Below are positions 38,717-50,053 of a DNA stretch of 64,000 nt, piece by piece. How positions within the stretch are numbered: position 1 is the stretch's first letter; every line of letters starts with the position of its first letter. The DNA comes from Raillietiella orientalis (taxonomy: Eukaryota), in contig JAYWIR010000009.1 of the NCBI GenBank assembly GCA_036172245.1, positions 1,426,001-1,490,000 of the forward strand, written 5' to 3'. The notes beneath the pieces are model-generated. The model worked only from the letters and a program-made list of their open reading frames with translations, was not told the origin of the DNA and did not search any database. The position numbers were made by a program, and so were the translations under genes.

Positions 38717-41700
38717 TTCGCTCTTTTTTTTTCTTTCCTCTCTTTTCGCCTCTTGGGCTGAGGAACGCTGCTGCAGTGACCGGAACGAAAGAACGACGTG
38801 TAAGACCGCCATGGAGGCTGCGAAACAGAACCTCAGAAGAACAAGGCGGGCATCCCTACGCACGCTGGGGAGGGGGAGGATTTCCGAAGCGGCGACGACG
38901 ACGACGCCGGAAAGAACTTGAGACACCTCCAGATGAGGAGTCGCAGAAAGCGGCAAGCTGCTTCCCTGCGTGACGTCACAAGGCAGACACGACGGTGGCG
39001 CGAACTTCAGAACTCGTGCGCCGAGCGAACAACTGGACGCAAGGCTCCCCCCCCCCCCGTCGGAGGGGCGGGGGCGAGAAGAGCGAGGCACCACCGGCGG
39101 AACCAAGGTGGAAGGGGAAGGCCATCCTCAACCGGGGCGGGGGGGGGGGGGGTAAGGGGAAGAGGCGACCTCCAGCTCCGTGGCGTGTTCCGTCGCCACG
39201 ACCCGACGTCTCCTCCCGCGCCATTCGAAACCGTTGCTGCGCGCCCTCTCTCGCTTACCCCCTCTCTCTCGGGAATCCAAGTGTCTCCGGGTAGAGACGG
39301 GGAAGACCGTCGTTCCCCGAGGAGAGGAGCGGCCTCCATGGCAACGACGAGGACACGCGCACGCGGCTTTCCAAGCTGCCGCCAGCTCGGACTCTTCGCT
39401 CGCCGCTCGAAGACGCGCGCGAGACGCTGCAGCGAACGGCGGCGGAGCAGAAGCAGGAGGAGGAGGAGGAGGAGGAGGAGGGTGCGCGGAGGAGCAGGGG
39501 GAAAAAGAGAAGGAGGGAGAGAGAGAGAGCGAGGAGGAAACCCCTTCTGTCCGGAGGAGGAGGAGCAGAACGCGGAGCGCGCCGGACGGGAGATCGGAAA
39601 GCCCTGTTCGAGCATGGCGGACGAGCGCAGCGCCGCGGCTCCCGCCCGACTCGCTCTGCGCCTCCCCCGCACGCGCAACAGAGCGTCGTCTCCAGGAGCG
39701 GAAGGAGCGCACCAGGGACCATCCCGAGGTTAGCAGCACAGGAGGACGCTCTCTTCCTGCTGCCGCCGCCTTTGATGGCTTCTTCCTCCGCGACTCGCAT
39801 CCAAAGAAGAGACCGCAGGGAGGATCGCCGCGGAAATGCTGGGGGCGTGCCCCGCTTGAGGGAAGGGGGAGCGGCCCGGGCATTTTTGGAGGGAAGCCTC
39901 GCTCGGTGGGTCCGTCCCGGGAGTCGCCGCAGAGCGGACGAACGGGACCGCCACCCGGGAGGGGAGGGAGCTGGGCCCTTGGAGACGGGGGGGTGGGGTG
40001 GGGTGGAAGGGCCGGCACGTCGAGATGCGGGAGAGCAGGAGCGCCCAAGGTCAACGGCAAGGGCGGTTTTCTCGACGGACGGAGGTCTGCCGGTCGCGGG
40101 CGCACGCGGGGCCCGGGCAAAGGACTTTCCATGGTGCTCCGTGCAGCACGGCAAGGGGAGTGGAGGGGAAAGGGCGTTTCTCTCGGGCCCTCGGGGCCGC
40201 CCCTCCTCCCCCGCGCAACCTCGGAAGGAGGCCGTCGCTCCCAGAGCAACCAGCGAGCGCACGGGCCGAACCTGCCCTGGCAGAATCCGCACGCCGCCAT
40301 CGGCGCCGCTCCGCGCCATGTGCCGCGGCTACGTACCGAGACCGGCGGCCTTGGGGTCCAGCTGGTAAGGAGACAGCCCCATGTGGGCCGGAGGGGGCTG
40401 CCCCAGGTGCTCCGAAGTGCCGTTATGGTAAAAGAAAGACAGCGGTGAGCCAGGATGCGTGGGAGGCAGCGGCATCTTCCCCGCCTGAAAAGAAGTGACA
40501 CTCCGTGTAGCTGGGGGTCGCGTCCTCCGGGAGGGGCCGGCGACGGAGTTGGCCTCCGACGGGCGTGAGGCATCTTCCCGGCGACGAGGGGTGCGGGTGA
40601 GGGGAAAGGAGGCCCTCTGGCCCTGGAGGCGCAACCCCCTCCGTCGCGCCCAGGGAAAGCGGCTCTCCGGGCGGAGTCCCTTGTGGGGCGCGCTAGCTAC
40701 TTCCCCCTTCCGGCTCACTCTCCCGACGATCGAAGGACTTCCGGGAACGCGAGGCAGGTCTGCCGGGAGGACGCTCCCTTTGAAGTCCCTTTGATCCCGC
40801 CGCCAGTATTCCGCACCCCCAGGAACGACGTTAACCGCGCATTAGGGCGCTTTCGGGAACCGAATGGAACGTCGGGGGAAGGGGGGACGATCCCATTAGC
40901 GCTCCCCACTGCACCCGGCAGGACCGCGACCGGGGAACAGCCGCGAGAGGCTGTGCTGCGACGGGGAAGGGGGAAGGGGAGGGGGGCGCCGAGGGCAAAC
41001 TAATCAGCGGCCCGCCCCCTGCTCGGAAGCAGCCCGTCCCGTGCTGGCCGGGCAGCCTCTCGGGGGTTGAGAAGGGGGAGAGGCCCGCGAGCCCCTCGAG
41101 ATGCTCCGAGGCATCACGGGCGCATGGGCGCGGCAGGAGAATCGAATGCGCTCTCCCCACCCTCCCGAAGTTGCGGTCTTCGCCACCTGCCTGCGACTGC
41201 CCGACCCCCACAGGCGCCTTCGGACCCACGGACGGACGCGACCGGAACGCGGGCCCGAGAGGGCAGAGCTCCCTCGTCGCGACGCGGCGGCCATTCATGG
41301 CCGTCTCCCACTGCCCCGTCCTCCTCTCCCTTCCCTCCACAAAAACCCCGAGGCATCCCGGCGGAGGGAAACTCTCCAACTGAGCTTGAGGCTTGAGGGA
41401 GAGGGAGGGAGGGGGGTGCGTACATCCCATCCCACCTTGTGCCGTCTCTTCCCGAAGGAGGGAGGGGGGGGGGGAAGGAGACGCCCGAAGGAGAGCGCCA
41501 GGGATGACGCCAGGAAGTGGGGAGAACCTGCTGATTTATTGAGGGCGCGCCTCGTTTCCACGGAAGCCCCCACGTGTTTCCCGGAGGCTCCAAGAGGGAA
41601 ACCTGCGACAGGGAATCCTGTTCTCCGGGAGGCTCTGCTCCCAGCTTCCCCCTTCCTTCTCCTCCTGGCCCCGTCTCTCCTCTACTCCTTTTTTTCTTCT

Positions 41701-44700
41701 CCTCTCCCTCCCTCCATCTTCCCCGTCGCTCCTGAAGGAAGCAACGACTTCCAGGGATGGGGGAGAGCCCGCCGCCTGCGCAGCAGATGGCGGTAGGATG
41801 GCGGGCGGGATTCGGAGAGGAGGAGGAGGAGGAGGGGAACCGCCGCGGCGGTTGCCTCGGAGACGAGGGGGAAGAGCGCGAGCGAGCGACCGCCCCCGCG
41901 AGCTTCCGGGATCGGGGAGGAGGCGACGGCGCGTGCGGGCGCCCCCGCCCCGCTTCCTCTCTGCGCCCGCTGCCGGCGCTCCCGACGGCCGATCGATCGC
42001 CGACGAGCGCCCGGCAACCCAATGGGCGAGCGGCCGCCTCCCTTCCGGGGACGCGCCGCGCCGAGCGGGGCGGCCAATGCGCTCTCTGGACGGGATGCCA
42101 CGTGACACCCGCCTTCCGGAAGGAGCAGAGCCGTCCCGGAGACTTGGCTCCCGCGCCCGTCTACCCCGGGACGCCTCCCGTCCGTCCTTTGGCCGAGGTG
42201 ACGTCTTCCCCTATAGACCCGTGGGTAGGGCGAGGTGGGGAAGGCACCACCCTACTGGGGCGGCAACGGAATCGGAAAACAACGCGTTCTGCCTCCCCAA
42301 GAACAGGACAGACGGGGTTTCCGTGGGGTCAGTTTTGGTGTCCTGACCTCCGTCATAACCTCCTCACCCAGAGGTGTGGTGGTAATCAGCGGCCCCGGGC
42401 GTAGCAACGGGTCGAAGAGACCTCTGGAACGCAGTCTCTCCGTCCCCGCCTCGGGGCCCATCCCGCTACGAACTTCCTGTTCGGCAGGCTGTCCCGGATC
42501 TCCGGGAGAGCGCCGACGGCTCCTTCCGGCGCCGCATCCCGAGCGATGCGGGAGGACGGGGGGGGGAGGGGGGATGAGGAACGGACGCCAGGATGCAAGG
42601 AGCGCTCGCCAGCTCCGAGAGAGGCAGCGGGTGGTCAAGGAGTAAAAGGTCGAGAGGTCAGCCGCTCCTCTGCGTCCGAGACGCCGCTCCCCCCCCCCCC
42701 CCCCAGTAGGCAGCAAGAGAGGCGCCCTGCATCCGTCATCTAGAGCCGCGCCGCTGTTGCCCCTGCTCTTCCCCTCCATGCACTCCCGATCTGCTGCTTC
42801 CGCCGCCCGCCCGCGAGGAAGCGGAGGACGCGAACTATTGCGGGAAAAACGGGAAGCACTCTGGCGCGCACCGTGGGTGGACCCCCCACAACTCCCCAAA
42901 CGATCGTGGAGAGCGAGTGGGAGCAGGGAGAGAGAGAGAGAGATGTGGTAGGGGGGAGGGGGCACGCTGCCGTTGTCCAGGGGACATCGGAACCACCGGT
43001 CGCCCGAGGGAGGACGACACCCTGTGCGCCCCTCGGGAAGACCGTGAAGAGCAGTGCCACCATTCGCCTCCGCCCTGACGCCCGGCACGCAAGCCCGACC
43101 GGCGCACGCGGCTGGGGCGGGAGAAGGGCCCGCACCCTTTCCGTAGGAGGGGGACGGGAGGGGGGGAGGAGAGACGATCTCAGGGGGAGAGGCTCACCCC
43201 TTCCGCCGGGAGTGTCTTCGGACGCACCTGACGCGCGCTGCACGAGCACGACTCCCCCCAGAGCTGGCCCGTTTTCCCCGGCAACTCGCGCCGCGCTCTC
43301 CCAGGTTTCCAGGCAACGCGATCGCTCCGTTCACTTGTCCGCGCGATTTGTCATCCGGAGCCCCGCCGCCGTCTCATCCCGCGCTTTCATCTCTCCCGGA
43401 GTGTGAAATCGGATTGGTCCGAGGCAGGCGAGAAGGGAAGCGCTCCCGGAGGAGAGGAAGGGGAGGGAGATCCGGGAAGGGACAGATGGGTACGAGGACA
43501 GATGGGGGCGCGCGGGCGGGAGCCCGCGTCCCCTCCCGGGAGGAGCGGGGGAGCGGTCGCCAGCCTCCGTGCACTCTCCTCCCCTTATCTTATCGTCCCG
43601 CGGTGGCTGACCCGTGCGCGGCAGAGGAGGAGGAGGAGCAGGCCGGCGGCCTCTTATCGTGGCCGCCGGCGGCATCGCGCCAAAGTCCCGGCGCTTCGCT
43701 CTCGGTCGTCTCCTCAGAAGTTGAGTGGGAAGGGGGGAGGCTCCGCTGCTGCTCGCCGTTTTCCCTAGTCACCCCCCTCCCTCTACTGCCCGCGAGCTCT
43801 CCGCGACCCTCTCCCCTTTCTGACCCCCCACCTTTCCGCGAGCGCGTGGAGGAGACAGGACCTGCTTCCCTTCCTCCTCCCCCTTTCCTCCCTTCTTTTC
43901 CCTCTTCCTTTTGTTTGACAGGAGGCTTCCTTTCACCTACCCGGCGACGGCGGCGGACGGGCGCTCCCTTCACGCCTCCTCCCCGCTCGTTCATTTGTCG
44001 CCGAGCAATCTCAAGGATTCCTCTCGGAAAGGGGAGGAAAGAAGGAGACACGAAAGGAAGAGAGGAAAAAACGAAGGGAAAAAAAAAGGCAAAAAAGAAA
44101 AAAAAAAAAAAAAACGCGTGCGCGCGCGCGCGCGCAGCGCGACCGATCACAATGGCACGCGGAGTGGGGCGCAGACGCCTCTCCGCGTCCTCTCCGGGCA
44201 ACCATAAAAACCGGCCGGGCCGCGCCTTCCTTCCCACTGACAGGCTCGAACAAACGCCTTCCTGCCGGCCTCTCTCTTTCTGCCGCGCCACGGGCGACGT
44301 CGGGTGGAAGGAGAGAATTCCGCTGCCGCCGCCGCCGCCGCCGCCGCCGCCGCGACACCACGTGACCCGCGGCGCTCTTGCCGACCAGACCGCAGCGCGC
44401 GCGCGCGCACCGGCGGCGAACGAGAGCCCGGACGCGAACGGAGCTCCCGCACCGGGGATGCCGCCCTCCCCCCCTGCTCCCTCGGTCTCTCTCTCCCTCT
44501 CCCTCTCTTTCCACTCCCTCCTTTTCGACGCGCTCTCGGGGGGACCGGGTCCTCGAGCGAGCCGCCCGCTCACCCCTTCTGAGAGAGGAATTCCGCCCGC
44601 TTGGCGCCTCGGCCGCCATCTTTCGAGTTTTCTCTGACCGCCTAGCCAGGCCCCCCCGCCCTGGAAAAGCGGCGTCGAGCCTGGGCGGCGGGTGGGGAAG

Positions 44701-47700
44701 GCCAGGAGGCGGACGGGAGTGGCAGGAGCGAGTCCTCCGGGCACGCGCGACACGCGGGCTGCTTGCGAAAACCGGGAGCAGATCTTGCTCCCCCCCCCCC
44801 CCCCGCGAGGCGCGCGGGAGTGGCCACCGTTCTGATTGACCAGCGACCTAGAGGAGGACGGAATCTTCCTGGGAACGGAAAGCCCCAATTTTCGGGAGGT
44901 CGAAAGGTCGGGTGGGGGGGAGGGAAGAGGGGAGTTGCACGCGCATCCCTCAGAGGAGGCGACGGAGCGGGAGGTCTCCCTTCCGAGGGTTCCTTAGCAA
45001 CCTGCCCCCTCCCCCCGATGTAATGGGAGCAGGAAGAGGGTGCATGGATGACACAGCCTCAAGGGGGAGGCGCAGAGGTGCCCTCTGAGGTCCCCCGTCA
45101 CGCGGTGCCTGTGGTAGCTGCCCCACTGTCCGAGGACAGGGCAAGGCAGGAAGGCGATTCGTGGGGCTCGGGAACGGACAGAGCATAGGGGAAGGAGCCA
45201 CCGGTAGAGGGGAATCTGCGCGGCACCTTTCTTGGGAGTACAAGGAGTGCACGGGAGACGACGAGCCTCCGGGGGGAAACGGCGGTCCCGCAGGATGGAG
45301 CCTGGAAAAAGCAGCGCGCATGTCCTTCCCTCCACCAGCTGTTCCCCATCCCATGCTCCCTGTAAGTGGGCTTCTTCGGACGTTGAGGCGGGTAGACGCC
45401 TTTTCCATCCTGCCGGGCGGACTGCCCTGGGCCCGAGATCGCGCCGTTGAGGGACGGGGGTGAAGTGGGAGGAGCGGCGCTTCCACTCCCGGTTTCATCC
45501 TTCCCCTTTGTCAGGACGAGGAGGGGGACGATTCCAGGCGAGGTTGCTGCGGGTGAGCGTGGGGTGGGTGATCTCCTGAGCCACTGGCGGCTGCGCGGAA
45601 GCAGCCGACCGACCCACTCGCTAGGTTGGGTGGGTGGGGCGACCTTGACGACGACAACGACGACTCCTTGACAGCCGAGCGGCGCCCCCGAGCGGCACCC
45701 CTGGAGATGGGGAAAGAACGAGCGATCTCGCGCGCGCCCTGGGTCCAGCAGAACGGGAAGGAGGATAAGGCGAAGAGGGAATCCGGAAGAGCGCGGAACA
45801 GCGGACGGGGGTGGGAAGCGGCGGAGGGATCTTCGTCCCTGTGGCGCCGTTTTCAAGGAAACGTCGGAATGGAGGAGTCGCGGAGGATCGCTCCGAAACG
45901 CGAGGGGTCCTCCCCACCACCCCTCGTCCCCGTCCTCCTTTCCTCGCCTTAGCGAGGCAGGCCAACTCTTCCCTGCACGCGCGTGCGTGCGGCGGCTCCG
46001 CTGCGCCTCCTCTCGCCCATCCGCTGGGGGTAAAGGCGCGCGGGGGAGGAGGGTGGAGAATAGAAGAAAAACGGGGAGGAGGGAAGAGGAAAGAGACGGG
46101 GGACGCTTCCCGCAAAAGAGCTCTCAGAAAGACGCGGTCGGGAGAGTGGGAGGGGGAATAGGCAAGGAGAGGAGGGAGGAGACGAAGAAGAAAAACAGGA
46201 AGACGGCCATAAAATTCGCAGCGTGCAGTGCCCACTTCGCGGCCCCCCCCATAAATCACGGGCATTCATGAGCCCCGGCTTCCCGCGACGGGAGCGCCTC
46301 CCGAGGCCACACGTGTGTTTGCCGACACCGAGGAGGGGGCGGGAGAGGTCGACTGCTCTCTGCCGCTGCAGGACCTTGGCAGTCCCGTCCGAGAGCAGCT
46401 CTCCCTCACGGATGGGGGGGTGCCTCTCGCGAGCCCCCTTCCTGGAACGATAGGGGTCCCTCTGGACGTGTGCGGGAAACGGAGGGGAAGGGGAAGAGAG
46501 CGGCAAATTGGTGAGCAGGCGGGGTGGGGCTGCGCATGGGGTGCGTGGCTCCCCTGTGCACGGGAAGCGAACCTCCAGGGCAGGAGGCGGGAGGCTCTTA
46601 CCATGGTAGCTGTTGTGCCGTTGGGGTAGGGGTAAGACGACACGAGGTACCCCATGTTCAGCGGGGACGCGTGGGCGAAGTGGTCCACGTGCTTTCCTGG
46701 GGAGAACAAAAGAACACGGTCAAGTATCACGCAACAGCATCCCGTGGACGCAGGCGCGCACTCGGATCTTCCCGGACCGCTTCCTGTCCACCCGCCGCGG
46801 CTGCCGGCTACCATTCTCGGGTCGGGAAGAGAGGAGGCCGCCGGGCCCTACGAGGATCCGCGCAGGACCCCTGGAGTAGGGAGACACGAAACTCCCCCTT
46901 CGGCCTATTCTCGGGCACAAGGAGCGGCACCTTCCCGCCCCGGGACCACCCCCAGTACCGCACACACTTCCCTCCCTTTTGTTCCGTCGCCTCTTCTCCC
47001 AGAGGGGTAGAGGGGAATGGAGAAGAGAGGCGGAGGGGGAGGAAGCGGACGTTCAAAGCACGAGGTCTTCGAAAGCTCACGGGCAGGCGGGGAGCTACGG
47101 GGCTCACCCCAAGTGCACGCCGGCTAGCGCCGCCAGGAAAGCTGCGCGGTACCGGCGGAGGGCGCTGAGGGCACGAAGGATGCGGCGGTCGCAGCATCCT
47201 TCGTGCCCTCTGGTGCGAAGGATGAGGAGCTCCCCGTGTGACAACCCCGCAGCCACCGGCGGGGGGCATGCGAGGGAAGGGGTGGCCGGGGGTTGCCACT
47301 CGGACGTTCAGCGGCGGCGGGCGCTGGACGCATCGATGGGGAGGCGACCGAGGGAGACCCGTGGGCGTGACGGGGAAGGAGGAGACGGAGGCGAGACGGA
47401 CAGCTCCGCTCCTCGCCACCGAGCGCCCCCTGCGGGGGACCCTCGGAAGTCGCAGGAGGCCCCTGCGGTCCCCATCGTGCGTGGAATGCGTGCCCGGCGT
47501 CCTGCAGCAGCACTGATGAAACGAGGTGGGTTGGTCGAAAAGGGGAGGGGTGGAGGGGCGCAAAGAAGCAAGCAGAGTCTCGGTGGTTCTCCGTGGTGGA
47601 TTCTGCGCCGTCCTTCATCCACGCGAGCCGCCCCTTTCCCCCCCCCCCTTCCTGGGGAGGTACTCCGGTCCACCTTTCTCGGGCTCCCATCCCCTACCTT

Positions 47701-49607
47701 CCTCTCCTCTCCGGAAAGTGCGGACCTCCGCGTGACCCAGGAAACGACCGTCGCAACCTGCCGTCGGCGCGACGATCGCGGACCTCCGGGGCAAAATCAG
47801 CCTCATTGCCGCGGGCGGGCTTGCGATTCCTTCTCCGCTGCCCTCAATCGCGCCCCTTTTCTTCCTTCCCCCGCCTCGTTGAGGCAGATGGGAAGGGTTG
47901 CCGGGGGAAGAGTGGCAGTTGTCGCCGCAAGGGGCAAGCAAGGGAGACGCTTAGGGGTCACCCCGTGAGCTGGCGCCTCCGACTTCCACCGTCGCCTTCA
48001 AGGGAGGGGAGGGTTGCTGCGAGCTCAGCAGGGATTCCGGACGTTCCCTTTCCCGTGGGGCGCGCAGTTCTCTGGGGGGCGATTGGGTGCCACAATCAGG
48101 CAAATTCCTCCTCCTCCCCCCCCCCCCAAGATGGGAGCGGAAAGAGGGGCGGATGACCCCCACGGCGGCCTGCGCTAGCATAGGCACGTGTGGCGGGACC
48201 AGTGGGCGAGCACGTGCGAGCATGACCTGAAAACCCACGCCGCTGCCGCCCACGCGGCGGTGGTGGAAGGAGGGAGTGCTCGGGAAGAGGGGGGGGGGGG
48301 GGGGAGCAGTGCGAAACAGGAGGTCAGGAGGGAGGAGCGAACGAGGTGGCCGTTCCACGTGCCTCCTGCCACGGCGCCGTCCTTCGCCCACGCGAGCTGC
48401 CAACCTTTCGCTGGCGAAGGGCACTGCGCCTGTCGGCGACGGCGGCGGAGGCGCCGCGCACAAAGTGCGCAGGGGACGCGCCTTCCTCCCTCGGCGGCGG
48501 CCCGCGGCACTGTGCGTGCACGAGCGCCTCTCCTGCCACGCGGTGGGAAGATGGGGGGAAGGGGGCACATATGGCGAGGGCCTGATACGGGGCGCCATGT
48601 CGATCCTTTCCCTCCCTCCCTTGAAAGGAGGGAGTTGCGAGCGGACGCGCTCGGCCACGACCACGGGATGAAAGGGGTATTCACTGTCTTGATCGGGGGC
48701 GGGGGAGGGGGACGAATACTTCCTCGGCACCTGCGCGGGCGCCGAGCATCTCCGGAAGAGAGGATGGAGAAGGCGAGTCGAGCACGCGCGGTGGAGCCCG
48801 CCCGCACGCGCCTTCCCACCCCCTTTCCCTCCTGGCCCCCCCCCGTCCCTCCTTCCTTCCCTTGCGTTCCTTCGGATGAGAGAGGGAAGCGGCGCGGAGG
48901 AAGCCTTCGTCCACCCAACCACTCGCGCGCCCTCGGGACGAACAAGGAGCTCACCGAATAGAGTTGCGTGGTCGAATCGGAATCCTTCCTTGGCACCGAA
49001 GGGGTGGCTGGGGACGTGCGTGCTGCGATCCTGAAACGGGAAAACAGGCATTAGGAGGGCGGCACTTCACACGGCCCTCCCCCTTGGGGACCCTCCGAAG
49101 GAAGTCTGAAGGGCAAGGAGGGCAGGCGGGGGAGCAGCAAGGGCGTTTCTCGAACCCTTCGGGTGGAGGAGCAGGAGGGAGAGAAAAAGAGACGGGTGCG
49201 TGGTGGCGGTGAGGGGACAAGCCCCGGGGCAGCGTGCACTAGGGAGGAGGAGGGGGGGGGGAGACGTTTCCACGCACGGCTCCCCCCAGTCCTCGCGGGG
49301 AGGAGCGACGGGAGCACGAGGGGGCGGGGGAGGTCGACCTGCAGGGTAAGCGGGAAGGAGAGATGGCAGGCAAGGCAAGCAGAGAGAAGGGGGTGGGGTG
49401 GGGTGGAAGGGGGGGGCGTTGGGGCAGGGCCGGGGTGCAGTACGGCTTCACCTCCTCGGACTGGGTGATGAGGCTGTTCTTGTCCTCGATGAAGCTCTTC
49501 TCGGACGTGATCTTCTCCTCTTCACCTTCGCCCTCTTCCTTGTACACTTTCACCTCGTCGCTGGGACCGAGGTCGTCCGCGCGGCCGCCGCCGTTCACGT
49601 GCGGCAT
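27615..49607 (-). CDS. pan: TCF/LEF family HMG-box transcription factor (pangolin/TCF7L ortholog) with C-clamp, ~592-593 aa
   Basis: Exons on the minus strand, all GT-AG and phase-consistent: 49452-49607 ([27 protein letters not shown], beta-catenin-binding domain), 48955-49030, 46602-46696 ([14 protein letters not shown]), 40337-40484 ([16 protein letters not shown]), 35118-35202, 34723-34929, 34412-34643 ([42 protein letters not shown]), either 33411-33567 or 32711-32870, 31594-31663 ([19 protein letters not shown]), 27615-28167 (RRKKKCVRF...[22 protein letters not shown] stop). An in-frame TGA at 49644-49646 upstream supports the ATG at 49607. Confidence 0.96.
32123..32185. repeat. Imperfect (CA)n/(CG) microsatellite in the TCF intron after exon 8b
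   Basis: cgcacacgcacacgcgcacacacacacacacacgcac... Confidence 0.9.
32711..32870 (-). CDS. pan: TCF alternative exon 8b (paralogous HMG-box C-terminal half + basic tail)
   Basis: ttctag|TGG...GGA G|gtagt with a CTAAC branch-point motif at 32897-32901; 160 nt, phase 0 to 1; encodes [53 protein letters not shown]. Confidence 0.92.
33200..33227. repeat. (TG)n microsatellite between TCF exons 8a and 8b
   Basis: gtgtgtgtgagtgtgtgtgtgtgtgtgt. Confidence 0.9.
33411..33567 (-). CDS. pan: TCF alternative exon 8a (HMG-box C-terminal half + basic tail)
   Basis: ccag|TGG...GAA G|gtacc; 157 nt, phase 0 to 1; encodes [52 protein letters not shown]. Confidence 0.92.
39762..39777 (+). promoter_or_regulatory. 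Candidate bipartite TCF site (Helper + HMG site), in TCF intron 4
   Basis: GCCGCCG immediately followed by CCTTTGATG. Confidence 0.4.
40777..40805 (+). promoter_or_regulatory. Candidate Wnt response element: two tandem TCF HMG sites + Helper site, in TCF intron 3
   Basis: CCTTTGAAG (40777-40785), CCTTTGATC (40788-40796), GCCGCCA (40799-40805). Confidence 0.55.
44323..44352. repeat. (GCC)n trinucleotide repeat in TCF intron 3
   Basis: about 9 tandem GCC units. Confidence 0.9.
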
Positions 49608-49814
49608 CCCGGCACCCTTTCCGTCGCAGGGGACGCCGGCAACTCAGGAGAGAGGAGGGTTGGCCGCCGCAACCAAGGCGACGGCAAGCAGGGCGGGGAG
49701 AGAGACGGAGCGGAGGAGAGGAACGGGTTGCGGACGAAGAGGAGGAGGAGGGGGGAGGAGGAGGAGGACGAGGAGAAGCACGAGGAGGAGGAGAAGGAGG
49801 AGATGCTGCGGTAG

Positions 49815-49852
49815 CTGCTGCTGCTGCTGCTGCTGCGGCGGCGGCGGCGGCA

Positions 49853-49899
<47 letters not shown>
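49815..49899. repeat. Compound trinucleotide repeat (CTG)7 + (CGG)~21 upstream of the TCF start codon
   Basis: Directly visible; one CAG interruption in the CGG part. Confidence 0.95.
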
Positions 49900-50044
49900 A
49901 CTGATCTGCGCTGCTCACGGCCGAAACCCGGCGCAGAGACACACTGGAACCATCCTCCGCCTGAGCGCTACTGAAGGCTGCCGCGGCTCTGCGCGCCGAG
50001 GAGACGGCCGCCCGCCGCCGCCGCGAGACGGGGGAGGGAGCGGC

Positions 50045-50053
50045 GGCCAATCA
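50045..50053 (+). promoter_or_regulatory. CCAAT box (NF-Y consensus) in the putative TCF proximal promoter
   Basis: GGCCAATCA about 440 bp upstream of the TCF ATG, in a GC-rich context. Confidence 0.35.

Noticed and set aside
11154..49607. Functional linkage of cadherin and TCF through beta-catenin
   Set aside because: This cadherin has no catenin-binding cytoplasmic domain, and adjacency alone is not evidence
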